Of a stretch of DNA of 64,000 nucleotides, positions 39,901 through 52,937 are shown piece by piece. Location: assembly GCA_951406725.2 (NCBI GenBank), contig OX597831.1:73222001-73286000 (forward strand). Direction: 5' to 3'. The first letter of the stretch is position 1, and each line of letters opens with the position of its first letter. This DNA comes from Octopus vulgaris (Eukaryota). Position numbers and translations under genes: made by a program. Under the pieces are notes generated by a model. That model was given only the letters and a program-made list of their open reading frames with translations. It was not told the origin of the DNA and searched no databases.

Positions 39901-40571
39901 ATGTGGCATTTAGTAAGTGTCGTAAGCACCACCCTGGCCATTTTCGAGGTTAGGATATCATTTTCATTGTCTCGATGTCTAAGTTGGAAGAACTGGTGAC
40001 GCTTGCAATAAGGTTGAAAATCAGGCTGAAAAAATTGTACCTTGATGCTATTGATATGATGCTTACTCACCAGAGAGTTTAGTGATGCACCATTGTAAGC
40101 ACACACTCTTAACTTTGGTGTGGTCCCTGTATTGTTTTTCTAATATTCCACATTACCATCATAATGATAATGGGCTATTATCTTGCTATCTTTCCTTACC
40201 TCTTAAAGATACTTACCTTGGTATATTCAAACACAAACAATACCTTTGGGTGTGGGGTCTTTGTATGTTTTTTTCTAGGTATTATGGCTAAAATATGCAA
40301 TGCGATACACCGTTTCGTAGTACTGGTATATTCTGGAAAATGAGAAAGACACAGTCATTGTTTCATCTTTCCGATGCATACATAAATAAATAGTTTTACA
40401 TAAGTGGAATGATTAGCAGAAGTCTTCACGGTCATTTTAAGGCCAAAACCAGGTTCCTAACTTCATTCCTTGTAGAGATATCACATTCTGAAAGTTGTGA
40501 AACTTTGACTGTATATTTCTCATTTTTTAAGTTGTGGTGCTTACGATGGTCTGTTACTTAACGCCTCAAAT
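39901..40571. mobile_element. Unclassified degenerate TIR element
   Basis: TCGTAAGCACCAC (39920) and GTGGTGCTTACGA (40534) within about 35-bp imperfect TIRs. Confidence 0.5.
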
Positions 40572-42118
40572 GCATTGATGGTCCTTAGCAGAAAGTCTGC
40601 TACTGTTGTTGCTGTTGTTGTTTTCATTTATTTATTCTCCAAACTATATTAACATAATCTAATATTATTTGACATTTATGATATTGGGACATGGCCCTGT
40701 AATATGTATACATGTGTAATTAAAGACTTTAGTGTCTGTTATTTTCCTAATATAATGTCAGCGAGGAGTTAGCATCATGAACTTCAGTTTCGAAGAAAAT
40801 AAAAAGTATCTCTTTTGTATTTGAAGTTTCCTTTTCTGCTTTGTCCACTTCCCTCCTCTCTCACTTTCCGTTTTTGTGTATGTATTTTCTCTTATACTCA
40901 CCTTCTTGTACTTTAAGGGTCCATCCTGATACCTCCTGTTTGATATCCTTTTCCCCTTTCCAGCTGAGTAGCCATGTATCTGTTGTACTTTTTCAATACC
41001 TGGCACAATCAGTTAAGGGGCCTTTGCCTTGCAGGTTGCTTGGTGACCTCACTAGAGCTGGTGCTATGGAAAAAATAGAAGCATCCAGTATGCTCTGTAT
41101 CGTGGCTGGTGTTAGAAAAGGCCTCCAGCTGTAGAAACCCTGCCAAACCAAGCAGAAGGGTTCAAAGCAGTCCTCTGGCTCATTGGGTCGCATCAAATTA
41201 TCCAACTATTCAACCCAGCAGATAAAGACCGGTGTCTGGGATGTTGCCTGGCTGCAAACCAGTGCCTCAGTAACATCTAACCCAGGCTAGCATGGGAAAA
41301 CAGGGATAGAAAAAAAGAGGGAGAGAGAAATAAGCATTTGTGTGAATCTGGTGATTCACTGTTCTTGTTTGCATGAATTCAATCCATACAAATGTTTGAG
41401 AAGAGAAAACAATGGACGTGACAGAATGTAGAGTGATGGGGGGATGTGGAGGGGTCAAAAGCTTGGGAAATGAGATAAAAAAAAATAATAAAAGCTAAGA
41501 CCAGATGCTTTATACTGTAGTGCTGTGTCCCCTCCCCCCTCCTTGTGCTTGTATTTTTATGGGACATAGTTCAGATTTCTCATAACTCTCGATTCTATCA
41601 TGAAGTGTATAAGTATCTCTTCTCTCCCTCTCTCTTTCTCTCTCTCTGCATATGCATGCATCTGTGTAAATATCTATGTTTGTATTTATATAAAATACAT
41701 TTTTCTAACAACCAACCCATACCAGCATGGAACGTCTGTCGTCAAATGATATATATATATATTGGTAAAAACGGTGAGAGTTTTATCTTGACTATTGAGT
41801 AATGTAACATATTATTTTATATATATATATATACACACACACACATATATATATATATACATATATATATTTATAAAAAAGAAGTTTGAAAACGCCACTA
41901 TATAAGATAAATTTTTATTTTCTTAAAAATCTTACATGTTCTTGAAAAAACGAACCTTATCAAAAATATTTTTAAAAGTGTAATAAAAATGTTCGTGATT
42001 GTTTCTTACTAGTCTCAACAGAGTCCACGTGGTGGTTTTTTGTGGTGGGGGGGCATAATAGCTGTCTTGTGTGTTGACTAGATTCGTTGGCTGAAGTTGG
42101 GGAAATGACCAGCAGCCG

Positions 42119-42160
<42 letters not shown>

Positions 42161-42256
42161 CGGGAAGCTTTATGAAAATAGACAAAAGACGAAGGCAGGT
42201 GGAAAACAAACAAACAATTGTATTAGTATGGCGCTCAGGAAATATAAATAAAACAA

Positions 42257-42295
42257 GTCTTTAACGTTTCGAGCCTACGCTCTTCAACAGAAAGA
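42257..42295 (-). ncRNA. Minimal type-I hammerhead ribozyme-like motif (Penelope-type), core variant
   Basis: Minus strand UCUUU-CUGUUGAA-GAGC(GUAG)GCUC-GAAA-CGUU-AAAGA. Confidence 0.55.
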
Positions 42296-44464
42296 TACAC
42301 AGAGAGAAAAAAAACACAGAAAGAAGGAGAGAAAAAAAATGCGTGCAGTAACTAACGAATCAACATGGCGATCTGATTTCGGCCAGAGGTCAAAGATCAA
42401 ACATGAGACGCGAGAGCGAAATAAGGGGAGATAATAGGGTTGATAATAGGGTTGAATGACCAGCTGTTAGTGCGTAGGAGGGGTCTGGATGTGTGTATGT
42501 ATAGGGTTGGTGTAGGTATTAGTATGTATTAGTATGTATAAGGGTGTGTGTGTGTGTGTATGAGAGAGTATTAATGCGTAGGATAGGTCTGGACGTGCGT
42601 ATGTATGGGGTTGGTGTATGTATTAGTATGTATTAGTACGTATTAGTATGTATAAGTGTGTGTGTGTGTGTGTGTATGAGAGAGTATAAGTGTGTATGAG
42701 GGGTCTGGACGTGTGTATGTATAGGGTTGGTGTATGTATATATTGTTGCTATCATGTTAAACTATCGTATGTCCAAATTTGGCCAAATGTGTTTTTTTTT
42801 TCGATATTTATTTTTGCTGGTAATAGCCGGTTCTTTTGGTCAAACTATCCCAAGCCCGGCTGCTTCTGATGCCAACATATCAAAAAAATTGTCAGTGTTG
42901 TTTACTATGGAATGGTGAAACAATTTTTTTGTTTTCTGAAAAAGCGTTTTTGAACGTATGACACTTTTACATAATTGCTACTATATATAAACAGTAAACA
43001 TTATTAAGATTAAAATAAAAATTATCCCCTCAAAAAAGCCATCTCTACTCATTCTTTTAAATATACATATATAAATTCAAGCCTAAACCAATTTACCTGC
43101 ATCTCTCTCTCTCTCTCTCTCTCCACACACACACACACACACACACTTATGTAACACCTCTGCTTGTTACTGTTCTCTCGTTACCTCCTTATGATGGTGT
43201 GGTGGTGGGGATGCTGTTTTTCTTAAGGGTTATAGCTCACAAGGACCATGACATTGTTCCACGGTAGATGTGTGTTCTCAGATTTTTTTGCCTTTTTTAA
43301 CTGGAATCATTCAGCTGGCTCTGGCCACACTGGAGCATTCTTATACACAAAAGCCGGCAGTAAAGCCTATCAAAAGGTGTTGTAACTCTTGATCCCGAGG
43401 GCAAAACACATTTGGTAAATGTTGTTGCTGTTTGTTTGTTTGTTTGTAGATGTTATGGTTATTGATGTAAAACACCAGTTTCCAAGAACCATTTGGTTTA
43501 CTCTGTGGTTGAATTGGAAAATTTTTTGAGGTTATTGTTCTTAGCAGCCATGTTGTTTACATATGTTTGTTGAAGTGGGATGGTGAGGGGTGGGAGAGGA
43601 ATTCATGACAAGGTCTGTACAGTCGTGTGGGCTTGGGCGTGGCATGTGAGTGTTTTTACATGCCACCAGCACGTGACCAGTCAGGCGGTGTTTGTCACCC
43701 CCTCTATCACTGATAACCAATGAGGTTGTGTTTGTGTTCCCGTAATTTTGTGGTTTGGCAAAAGAGACCGATACAATAAGTACTAGGTTTACAAAGCATA
43801 AGTCCTGAGGTCGATTTGTTTGACTAAAGTCGGTGCTCCAGCATGGCTGCAGTCAAACGACTGAAACAAATTAACGAGTTAAAGAGTGTATGTACTTACA
43901 TATAAGTGTGTGTGTGTGTTTGTATGCGTGTGTGTCTTTGTCCACTTCCCCACTGTTTGACCACTGGTATTGATGTGTTTATATTCCCATGACTTAGCAG
44001 TTTGGCAAGAGAGACCGATAGAATAAGTACCCGGTTTATAAAAAAGAAGTACCAGAGCTGATTCATTCAATTAAAAGGTTCTTCAGGTGGTGTCCCAGCA
44101 TGGCCACAGACTAATGGCCTATATTTTTACAGAAATCACCCCCACCCCCAATTTTAATGAGACATCACTGGTTTTTCTGATGTCATGGTTGGATGAATGT
44201 ACAGAAGCATGACAATGTCCTGTCTGTCAAAAAGAGGTCACCAAGATATTTGAATACCAAATAATGCAACCTGAACACAAGACTACTTTCTAACAATAAA
44301 TGATAGGCGCAGGAGTGGCTTTGTGGTAAGTAGCTTGCTAACCAACCACATTGTTCCGGACAGAAGCATGACAATGTCCTGTCTGTCAAAAAGAGGTCAC
44401 CAAGATATTTGAATACCAAATAATGCAACCTGAACACAAGACTACTTTCTAACAATAAATGATA

Positions 44465-44887
44465 GGCGCAGGAGTGGCTTTGTGGTAAGTAGCTTGCTAA
44501 CCAACCACATGGTTCCGGATTCAGTCTCACTGCGTGGCATCTTGGGCAAGTGTCTTCTGCTATAGCCCCGGGCCGACCAATGCCTTGTGAGTGGATTTGG
44601 TAGACGGAAACTGAAAGAAGCCTGTCGTATATATGTATATATATATATGTGTGTGTGTGTATGTGTTTGTGTGTCTGTGTTTGTCCCCCTAGTATTGCTT
44701 GACAACCGATGCTGGTGTGTTTACGTCCCCGTTACTTAGCGGTTCGGCAAACGAGACCGATAGAATAAGTACTGGGCTTACAAAAGAATAAGTCCCGGGG
44801 TCGAGTTTCTCGATTAAAGGCGGTGCTCCAGCATGGCTGCAGTCAAATGACTGAAACAAGTAAAAGAGTAAGAAAAGAGTAAAAGAG
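44465..44887 (+). mobile_element. CORE-like SINE (family A)
   Basis: Family A structure; head duplicated upstream. Confidence 0.9.
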
Positions 44888-45289
44888 ACTAAAATATTGG
44901 TCAACCCACTGGAATGCTCAGTCTCAAGCTGAGGAAAACAAGTGTTGTCTTTGAGTAGCTCAAGACTTGAAGCTGTATCTTAAAATCCATGTCTCACAGC
45001 ATCAACCAAACTATTGGATGTTGTTATACATTGCTGGTTATGATGTACTTAACCGTGTTTTGTTTTCGCTTTTAAATGACGCCACCCTGCTGGCTAGGTG
45101 AGCGGGCCAACATTCCTCTTGTTGGAAGGCCTGTCTGTTGCAAGGTTACCTATTCATAGCTGAATGAACTGAATGTGAAATGAAGGGTTTTGCTCAAGAA
45201 CACAACGCATTACCTGGTCTGGGAATCGAACCCATGGGCTAACGATCGTGAGTACCACTAGACTGTGCACCTTCACCCCACTCTCTTTG

Positions 45290-45325
<36 letters not shown>

Positions 45326-45378
45326 CATACACACACACACATACATACATACATACACACACACATATATATATATGT

Positions 45379-45680
45379 GGAGGCACAATGGTCCAGTGGT
45401 TAGGGCAGCAGACTCGTGGTCGTAGGATCGCGGTTTTGATTCCCAGACTGGGCGTTGTGAGTGTTTATTGAGCGAAAACACCTAAGAGCTCCATGAGGCT
45501 CCGGCAGGGGGTGGTGGCGATCCCTGCTGTACATTTTCGCCACAACTTTCTCTCACTCTTTCTTCTGTTGGCCTGCTCGCTTAGCCAACGGGGTGGCGTC
45601 ATTTGAAGGCTAAAGCAATGCAAAGCGCATTGTGACCAGCGATGCGTAGCAACATCTGATAGCCTGGTCGGTCACGTGAT

Positions 45681-45681
<1 letters not shown>
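45379..45681 (+). mobile_element. tRNA-derived SINE (family E)
   Basis: A box TGGTCCAGTGGTTAGG, B-box-like GGTTTTGATTCCC, distinct body. Confidence 0.65.
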
Positions 45682-45711
<30 letters not shown>

Positions 45712-46233
45712 GCAGTATCAGCTTGAAATCGTTCCTGTTCCACAAGCAAAGTAAATGACAAATGATTCACTTCTAAAAAGAAAAAAAAAAAAAAGAATTC
45801 TTTTTCTATTCTTTGAAATCTTCATCATGTCTAATTTGTTCGCATATTACTTTGAAACCTGTTGAACTTTCAATTCTCAATCCTGTAGAACGACTGTGAA
45901 ATTTATTCATCACTTGAATTCTTATAATTTCCATTTGCTGTTGAATTCTTATTGAATTCTTCATCATGGTAATTTTGCTTGGAAATCTATTGAGCATTTC
46001 GATGTTTGAGCAAGTTTTATTGCAATAGAACTTTTCTCCTGTGCATTCTTTTTCTTCTAAACTTAGCTTTTCTTTTTTCTTTTTTTTTTTTAATTTACAT
46101 TTTCTGTTGAAAAACAAAAAAAAAAAACAAAAAAACAAAAAAAAACAATTGCTGAAACTGAAAAATGGTATTTTAATAAATTTAAACTCCAGGTGTAATT
46201 TCAACTGCAAAGCTAACCCTCCAGTATTTCTAC

Positions 46234-46402
46234 GCGTAGAGTGGCTGTGTGGTAAGTAGCTTGCTAACCAACCACATGGTTCAGGGTTCAGTCCCACTGC
46301 GTGGCACCTTGGGCAAGTGTCTTCTACTATAGCCTCGGGCCGACCAATGCCTTGTGAGTGGATTTGGTAGACGGAAACTGAAAGAAGCCCGTCGTATATA
46401 TG

Positions 46403-46437
<35 letters not shown>

Positions 46438-46665
46438 TTGTGTGTCTGTGTTTGTCCCCCTAGCATTGCTTGACAACCGATGCTGGTGTGTTCATGTCCC
46501 CGTCACTTAGCAGTTCGGCAAAAGAGACTGATAGAATAAGTACTGGGCTTACAAAGAATAAGTCCTTGGGTCTAGTTGCTTGACTAAAGGCGGTGCTCCA
46601 GCATGGCCGCAGTCAAATGACTGAAACAAGTAAAAGAGTAAAAGAGTAAAAGAGTAAAAGAGAGT
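46234..46665 (+). mobile_element. CORE-like SINE (family A)
   Basis: Family A structure with (AGAGTAAA)n tail. Confidence 0.9.
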
Positions 46666-46702
46666 GGAAGTAAACCACTTTTCTCTGTACACACACAGGG
46701 AG

Positions 46703-46733
<31 letters not shown>

Positions 46734-47802
46734 GTATGTGTGTGTACCTAATGATTGGACAGATGTCATCCCTGGGCTATAGAAGGCAATTGTCCAAGGT
46801 GGTGTACAGTGGGACTGAACCCAAAATCTTGCGGTTGCTAAGTCAACTTCTTAACCACGTGGTGTTGCACGCACCCATGGAATGAATTAAAATCCTCTCA
46901 ATGGAGTTTAATGTAGACCTAAGTGTGAGCTCTACCCTTGTAGATCTACCTCATTTAGAGACAGCAGTGTACCCTGTGGGTGGTCTGTTGGAAAATGTGC
47001 AACAAGTTGGCTATTGAGTACAATGTCTGTTACTTAGATGGTGGGATGGGGGGGATAATGGGGGTATGTAGGGGTTGTTGGATTGGATCTGAAGGAGTTG
47101 ATGGTCTTTGATGTCTTTTATTCCGTGTCTCTACCATAATCTGTAGCAGCATGGAAGAACAGATGTCAGCATGGTAGTAATAGAGGCGGTGGTTGTGATG
47201 GTGGTGGTGGTGATGGCAGTGCTGCTGCTGATTGTAGTGATGATGATGATGACTATTGTGGTGGTGGTGGTGGTGGTGGTGGGGACGGTTGCTATGGTTG
47301 ATGGTGGCAGTGATGCTTGTGATGGCGATTGCTGCGATGGGTTGGATTGCTTATTAAGGACTCCTTCAACTGATTTGAACTCTACTTGAGGTTGTTATTA
47401 CATTGCTCCTTCGTGTATGAAACCTGACTTTCCCTTTAAGTAGGGAAATCATCTTGAAAAAAGCGGATCTCCTAACATGGAGTGGGCACGGGGACGGTGC
47501 TGGTGGCTGGGGGTGTGATGCTGTGGAGGGCAACCAGATGGAAGACATTCACATGGCTTATAGTTTTTTTCGTTTTTTTTTTTTGTAATTCTCTGAATTT
47601 ATTTAATTTTGTTTTTTTTTTCCTTTTTGCTTTAACATCAAAACCAATATTATGACATCAGACACGGAAACCATCTTTGCCATTCTTTCGTTCTTCCTTT
47701 TTCCCCTTCACCCTCTCCGCCACACAATACTCCTCCCGTCATGTGCACGCACACACACACTTGTACATAAACACTCATATAATACATGCATGATCATGCG
47801 GG

Positions 47803-47864
47803 CACTCTCTCTCTCTCTCTCTCGCATGCACACTCTCTCTCTCTCTCTCTCTCTCTCGCATGCG

Positions 47865-47900
<36 letters not shown>

Positions 47901-48466
47901 TGCGCACTCTCTCTCTCGCATGCGCACTCTCTCTCTCTCTCTCTCTCGCATGCGCACTCTCTCTCTCATGCGCACTCTCTCTCTCTCTCATGCGCACTCT
48001 CTCTCTCTCTTGCATGCGCACTCTCTCTCTCTCTTGCATGCGCACTCTCTCTCTCTCTCTCTCTCGCATGCGCACTCTCTCTCTCTCTTGCATGCGCACT
48101 CTCTCTCTCTCTCGCGTGCGCACTCTCTCTCTCTCTCTCGCATGCGCACTCTCTCTCTCTCTTGCATGCGCACTCTCTCTCTCGCATGCGCACTCTCTCT
48201 CTCTCTCTTGCATGCACACTCTCTCTCTCTCGCATGCGCACTCTCTCTCTCTCGCATGCGCACTCTCTCTCTCTCTCTCTCTCTCTCACATGCGCACTCT
48301 CTCTCTCTCTCTCTCTCTCTCACATGCGCACTCTCTCTCTCTCTCTCTCGCATGCGCTCTCTCTCTCTCTCTCTCTCATGTGCACTCTGTGTGTGCTTCT
48401 CTCTCTCTCGTGCGTGCACTGCCTCTCTGTCTGTCTGTCTCTCTCTCTCTCTCACGCATGCGCACT
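47803..48466. repeat. Compound minisatellite [GCATGCGCA(CT)n]
   Basis: Roughly two dozen units with variable CT length. Confidence 0.92.
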
Positions 48467-48729
48467 GAAATGTACACATGCTTCATACACACACACCCTC
48501 TCCTGCACCCGCCCCCACACAGTGCCACCAAAAGCCAATCAGTGCCACTCAGTTTGTTCAACCGTTGACGACAATCCCCCCCCGTCCTCCTCCCATCTCA
48601 CCCCCGTCTCTTGTTGGTTGCTTGTCTTAATTAGAATCTTTTCCTTTTAGACAGGTTTCAAACCATCAAAGGATAATATTTGTCTCCCCCACACCTGACT
48701 CTCCCTTCTCTCTCTCTCTCTCCCCCACT

Positions 48730-48732
48730 GTA

Positions 48733-48785
<53 letters not shown>

Positions 48786-48822
48786 ACGTGTCTGTGTGTG
48801 ATAGTATATATGTATATATACG

Positions 48823-48859
<37 letters not shown>

Positions 48860-49066
48860 ATATATATATATGTATGTATATATATATATATGTATGTATA
48901 TATATATATATGTATGTATATATATATATATGTATGTATATATATATATATGTATGTATATATATATATGTATGTATATATATATATATATGTATGTATA
49001 TATATATATGTATGTATATATATATATATGTATGTATATATATATATATGTATGTATATATATATG

Positions 49067-49109
<43 letters not shown>

Positions 49110-49169
49110 ATATATATATGTATGTATATATATATATTATGTATATATATGTATACGTGTCTGTGTGTG

Positions 49170-49204
<35 letters not shown>

Positions 49205-49239
49205 GTATGTATGTATATATGTATACGTGTCTGTGTGTG

Positions 49240-49286
<47 letters not shown>

Positions 49287-49330
49287 GTATGTATGTATGT
49301 ATGTATGTATATGTGTCTGTGTGTGATTGT
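48730..49330. repeat. Compound (TA)n/TATG microsatellite
   Basis: Directly visible. Confidence 0.95.
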
Positions 49331-49597
49331 AAAACTCCAAGACTGAAAGAGATCAAAATTCTTTTTGCATCTTCAATTGATTTCTGAATTTTGTTTTTTC
49401 TAGTTTGCCGTTGTTGAAACTGTAATCCTCTTAATCCTCAAATGTATTTCGTTCCTCTCTTTCACAACGGAAGAAATATCTGAGACACTCTCGCACAGCT
49501 CTGATGGATCCTCTGTTGTTTCCAGCAGCAACTATTCAGCTGTTCAATCCCCCTTCGACTAATTACTTGTTAATTTAAGTGGTTGAGTACTCCATGC

Positions 49598-50005
49598 TAC
49601 ATCATCATCGTTTAACGTCCACTTTCCATACTGGCATGGGTTTGACGGTTTGACTGAGGACTGGCAAGCCAGGAGGCTGCACCAGGCTCCAGTCTGATCT
49701 GGCAAGGTTTCTACACCTGGATGCCCTTCCTAATGCCAACCACTCTGAGAGTGTAGTAGGTGCTTTTTATGTGCCACTGGCACGGGGGCCAGTCAGGTGG
49801 AACTGGCATCGACTATGCTCAAATGGTGCTTTTTACGTGTCACCTGCACAGGAGCCAGTCAGGTGGAACTGGCATTGACTATGCTCAAATGGTGCTTTTT
49901 ATGTGTCACCTGCACAGGAGCCAGTCAGGTGAAACTGGCATCGACTATGCTCAAATGGTGCTTTTTACGTGTCACCTGCACAGGAGCCAGTCAGGTGGCA
50001 CTGGC
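49598..50005 (-). mobile_element. RTE 3' UTR fragment with 66-bp tandem units
   Basis: Conserved 3' motif; units start at 49788, 49854, 49920 and 49986 (partial). Confidence 0.85.
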
Positions 50006-51082
50006 CTTGATGTAAATTCTTGAGTTGAATCCACTTGCCACACTGTTATTACAAGGCTGAGCTTTTGAAATGCTGCTCTGCTTCCAAATGCTCGGCTTCA
50101 GTACAGTTTCCACCTTGCTGATTTCACTCACAAGGCTTGGTTTGACCCAAGGCTACAGTAAAAAACACTTGAGTGACCACATAAGTTGGATTGAGCCTAA
50201 CTCCTCATGATTGTGAAATGAATGTCTTAACCAACTGGTGCCCATTTTGCACGTGTAGTTGGTTTTGTGTGTGTTTGTGTGTGACTGGCTGGCTGTGTGT
50301 GTGTGTGTGTGGCTGGCTGGCTGTATGTGTGTGTGTGAATGGCTATGAGTGTGTGTGTGCCTGTGTTCCAGCTCTTTGCATTCTAAGTTTGTATACTGCA
50401 AAGATTTTGCGTTTCATCCCTTAGGAGTTGATAAAATAAACATATGGTGCCCCAGCATGGCCGCAGCCTTCGGGCTAAAACATTTTAAAGCATTGAAGGA
50501 TTTATACCAGTTAACCCACTCGGGTCAATATAATGACTAACGCTGTCCTCCTTGGTTGCTGACCTTGTGCTAAAATTTGAAACCCTATAGTAATCCTTTA
50601 AACTATAGGCTCCTTGCACTTGCATCAGTTGGCAGTTTGTTGGCTCGAATGCCGTCCTTCAAATACATCACACACGTCCAGTACCGAATCTGGCTCCTTG
50701 TCTTGACACGGTGCAATAGTTGTGGATGACCACCACCACGGTTGGACTCTTTCTTTTCGATCTTCCAGGAAACTGCCAGAGGTGAAATATTGTTTTACTT
50801 GAACACGAATGGCAATAGGTAGGGCATCCAGCCATCCAAGTCTGCTGTGAATTTGTATTTGGGTGCACACAGGTGGGTGGGGTAGTCTTGTGTTCTGATT
50901 GCGAACAGAACACTGAACACTGTCTGCAGTTTACTTTCTCGCCAACAACAGATGTCAATAGGGCTGATCACCTATCAATCAATATTTCTCTTGAAGGAAG
51001 TATTGATCTTCTACTCATTATATTACTTGTTTGTTGGATAACAATCTGTTTTTATTTCTGTATCCGTGTGTGTATGTATGTA

Positions 51083-51150
<68 letters not shown>

Positions 51151-51165
51151 TATATACATACATAT

Positions 51166-51206
<41 letters not shown>

Positions 51207-51237
51207 TACATACATATATATATACATACATATATAT

Positions 51238-51289
<52 letters not shown>

Positions 51290-52340
51290 ACTTTCAGGGA
51301 CAATAGTGATTTATTGAGACGAAAGGGCGTGGATTTTTTCCCTATCGAATTACGATAAGCTGAAAAAGTTCTTTTTATATTTCACAGTAGGCAACCAGGG
51401 TTTCTGGGTGAATTTTCCGTGTGTTAATATGTACCTCTTTGTAACACTGCAAACTTTCATTTAATCAAGATATTCTTGGCCAGAAGAGTTACCTGCAGTA
51501 TATACTTTGACTGGCTGTTTACCACTTTCAAGGCTCCGCTTGGTATGAAACGTGTAGCCCGGATCTTATCTACTCTATTCCATAACTCTTGTATGTATTT
51601 ATATATAAAATCAGTTGACATGTGAGCCAAGGCAGTGTGACCTTATTCCAGTAAGATATTTAGATACGTTGCATAAAGGAAATATTTGATAATTACACGT
51701 TGCCTCTTGGGGCCTCTCAATGTTTCAGTAAGTATTTGTATATTTGTGTGTATATATTAATGTCTTTGTATATATGTGTGTCTGCGTGTATCTCTGTATG
51801 GTGTATGTGTAGGTTATTTGAAGCCAGAGTGTTTGTGTTTTCTTTATAGAAGTATGCGTGTTGTGTGTGTGTGCGTGTGTGTGTATGTGTGCACTTTGTA
51901 TTGAAAAAAATCTGAGTTTTGTGTGTTTGTGTGATTTCTCTGTTTCATTTGTGCGTGTCACAATGTTGTGGTTGTGTGTTTGTGGGTCGTTGATGGTGCA
52001 GTGTTCTGTGATGAAGTATATATCATTCATTTCTTTATTGCCCACAAGGGGCTAAACGTAGAGGGGACAAACAAGGACAGACAAATTTAAGTTATTTTAC
52101 TAAATTCTTTGTTATATTTAAAATTAAATGAAAGAAACACAGAACATATCAACAGAAATATGGTAACAAAAGGGTTAAGTTGATGTCATCGACCCCCAGT
52201 GCATAACTGGCACTTATTTAATCAACCACGAAAGGCAAAGTCGACCTTGCCAGAATTTGAACTCGGAACGTAACGGCAGACGAAATACAACTAAGCATTT
52301 TGCTCGGTGTGCTAACGTTTCTGCCAGCTCGCTGCCTTAA

Positions 52341-52562
52341 CCCTTTCGTTACCTACCCGGCTGAAACCGGCTCTGGCTCTGAGTACAAATGTCTTATTTT
52401 CATAAGTTTTTAATTAAAATTTTCCACCAAACCTTAATCATAATTTATGTTCCTAACACTAACTGAATGATAATTTAAGTTATTTTACTAAATTCTTTGT
52501 TATATTTAAAATTAAATGAAAGAAACACAGAACATATCAACAGAAATATGGTAACAAAAGGG
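52341..52562. mobile_element. piggyBac MITE (family 1)
   Basis: TTAA|CCCTTTCGTTAC ... GTAACAAAAGGG|TTAA. Confidence 0.9.
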
Positions 52563-52586
52563 TTAAAATCACTATGATATTTTTAA

Positions 52587-52802
52587 CCCTTTTGATACCA
52601 ACCCAGCTGAGACTGCCTCTGTAGTACAAATGTCTTGTTTTCAAAAGTTTTGAATTAAAATTTTCCACCAAACCTTAATCATAATTTATGTTCCTAACAC
52701 TAACTGAATGATAATTTAAGTTATTTTACTAAATTCTTTGTTATATTTAAAGCAATTGAAAGAAACACAGAGCATCTCAAAATAGATATAGTAACGAAAG
52801 GG
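52587..52802. mobile_element. piggyBac MITE (family 1)
   Basis: TTAA|CCCTTTTGATAC ... GTAACGAAAGGG|TTAA. Confidence 0.88.
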
Positions 52803-52937
52803 TTAAAGTATATATCAAGTGTATATCAATATACGTCTGATACCTTGTGAGTGTATATATGTTCATAAATTCATAAAGAGCTCTGCTTCTGTTAAAACTA
52901 AAAAAGAAATAGTGTGGGTATAGTTGTGTGTGTGTAT

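Noticed and set aside
45806-46297. 163-aa minus-strand ORF
   Set aside because: Starts in a SINE, crosses poly-T/poly-A runs, and has no recognisable domain
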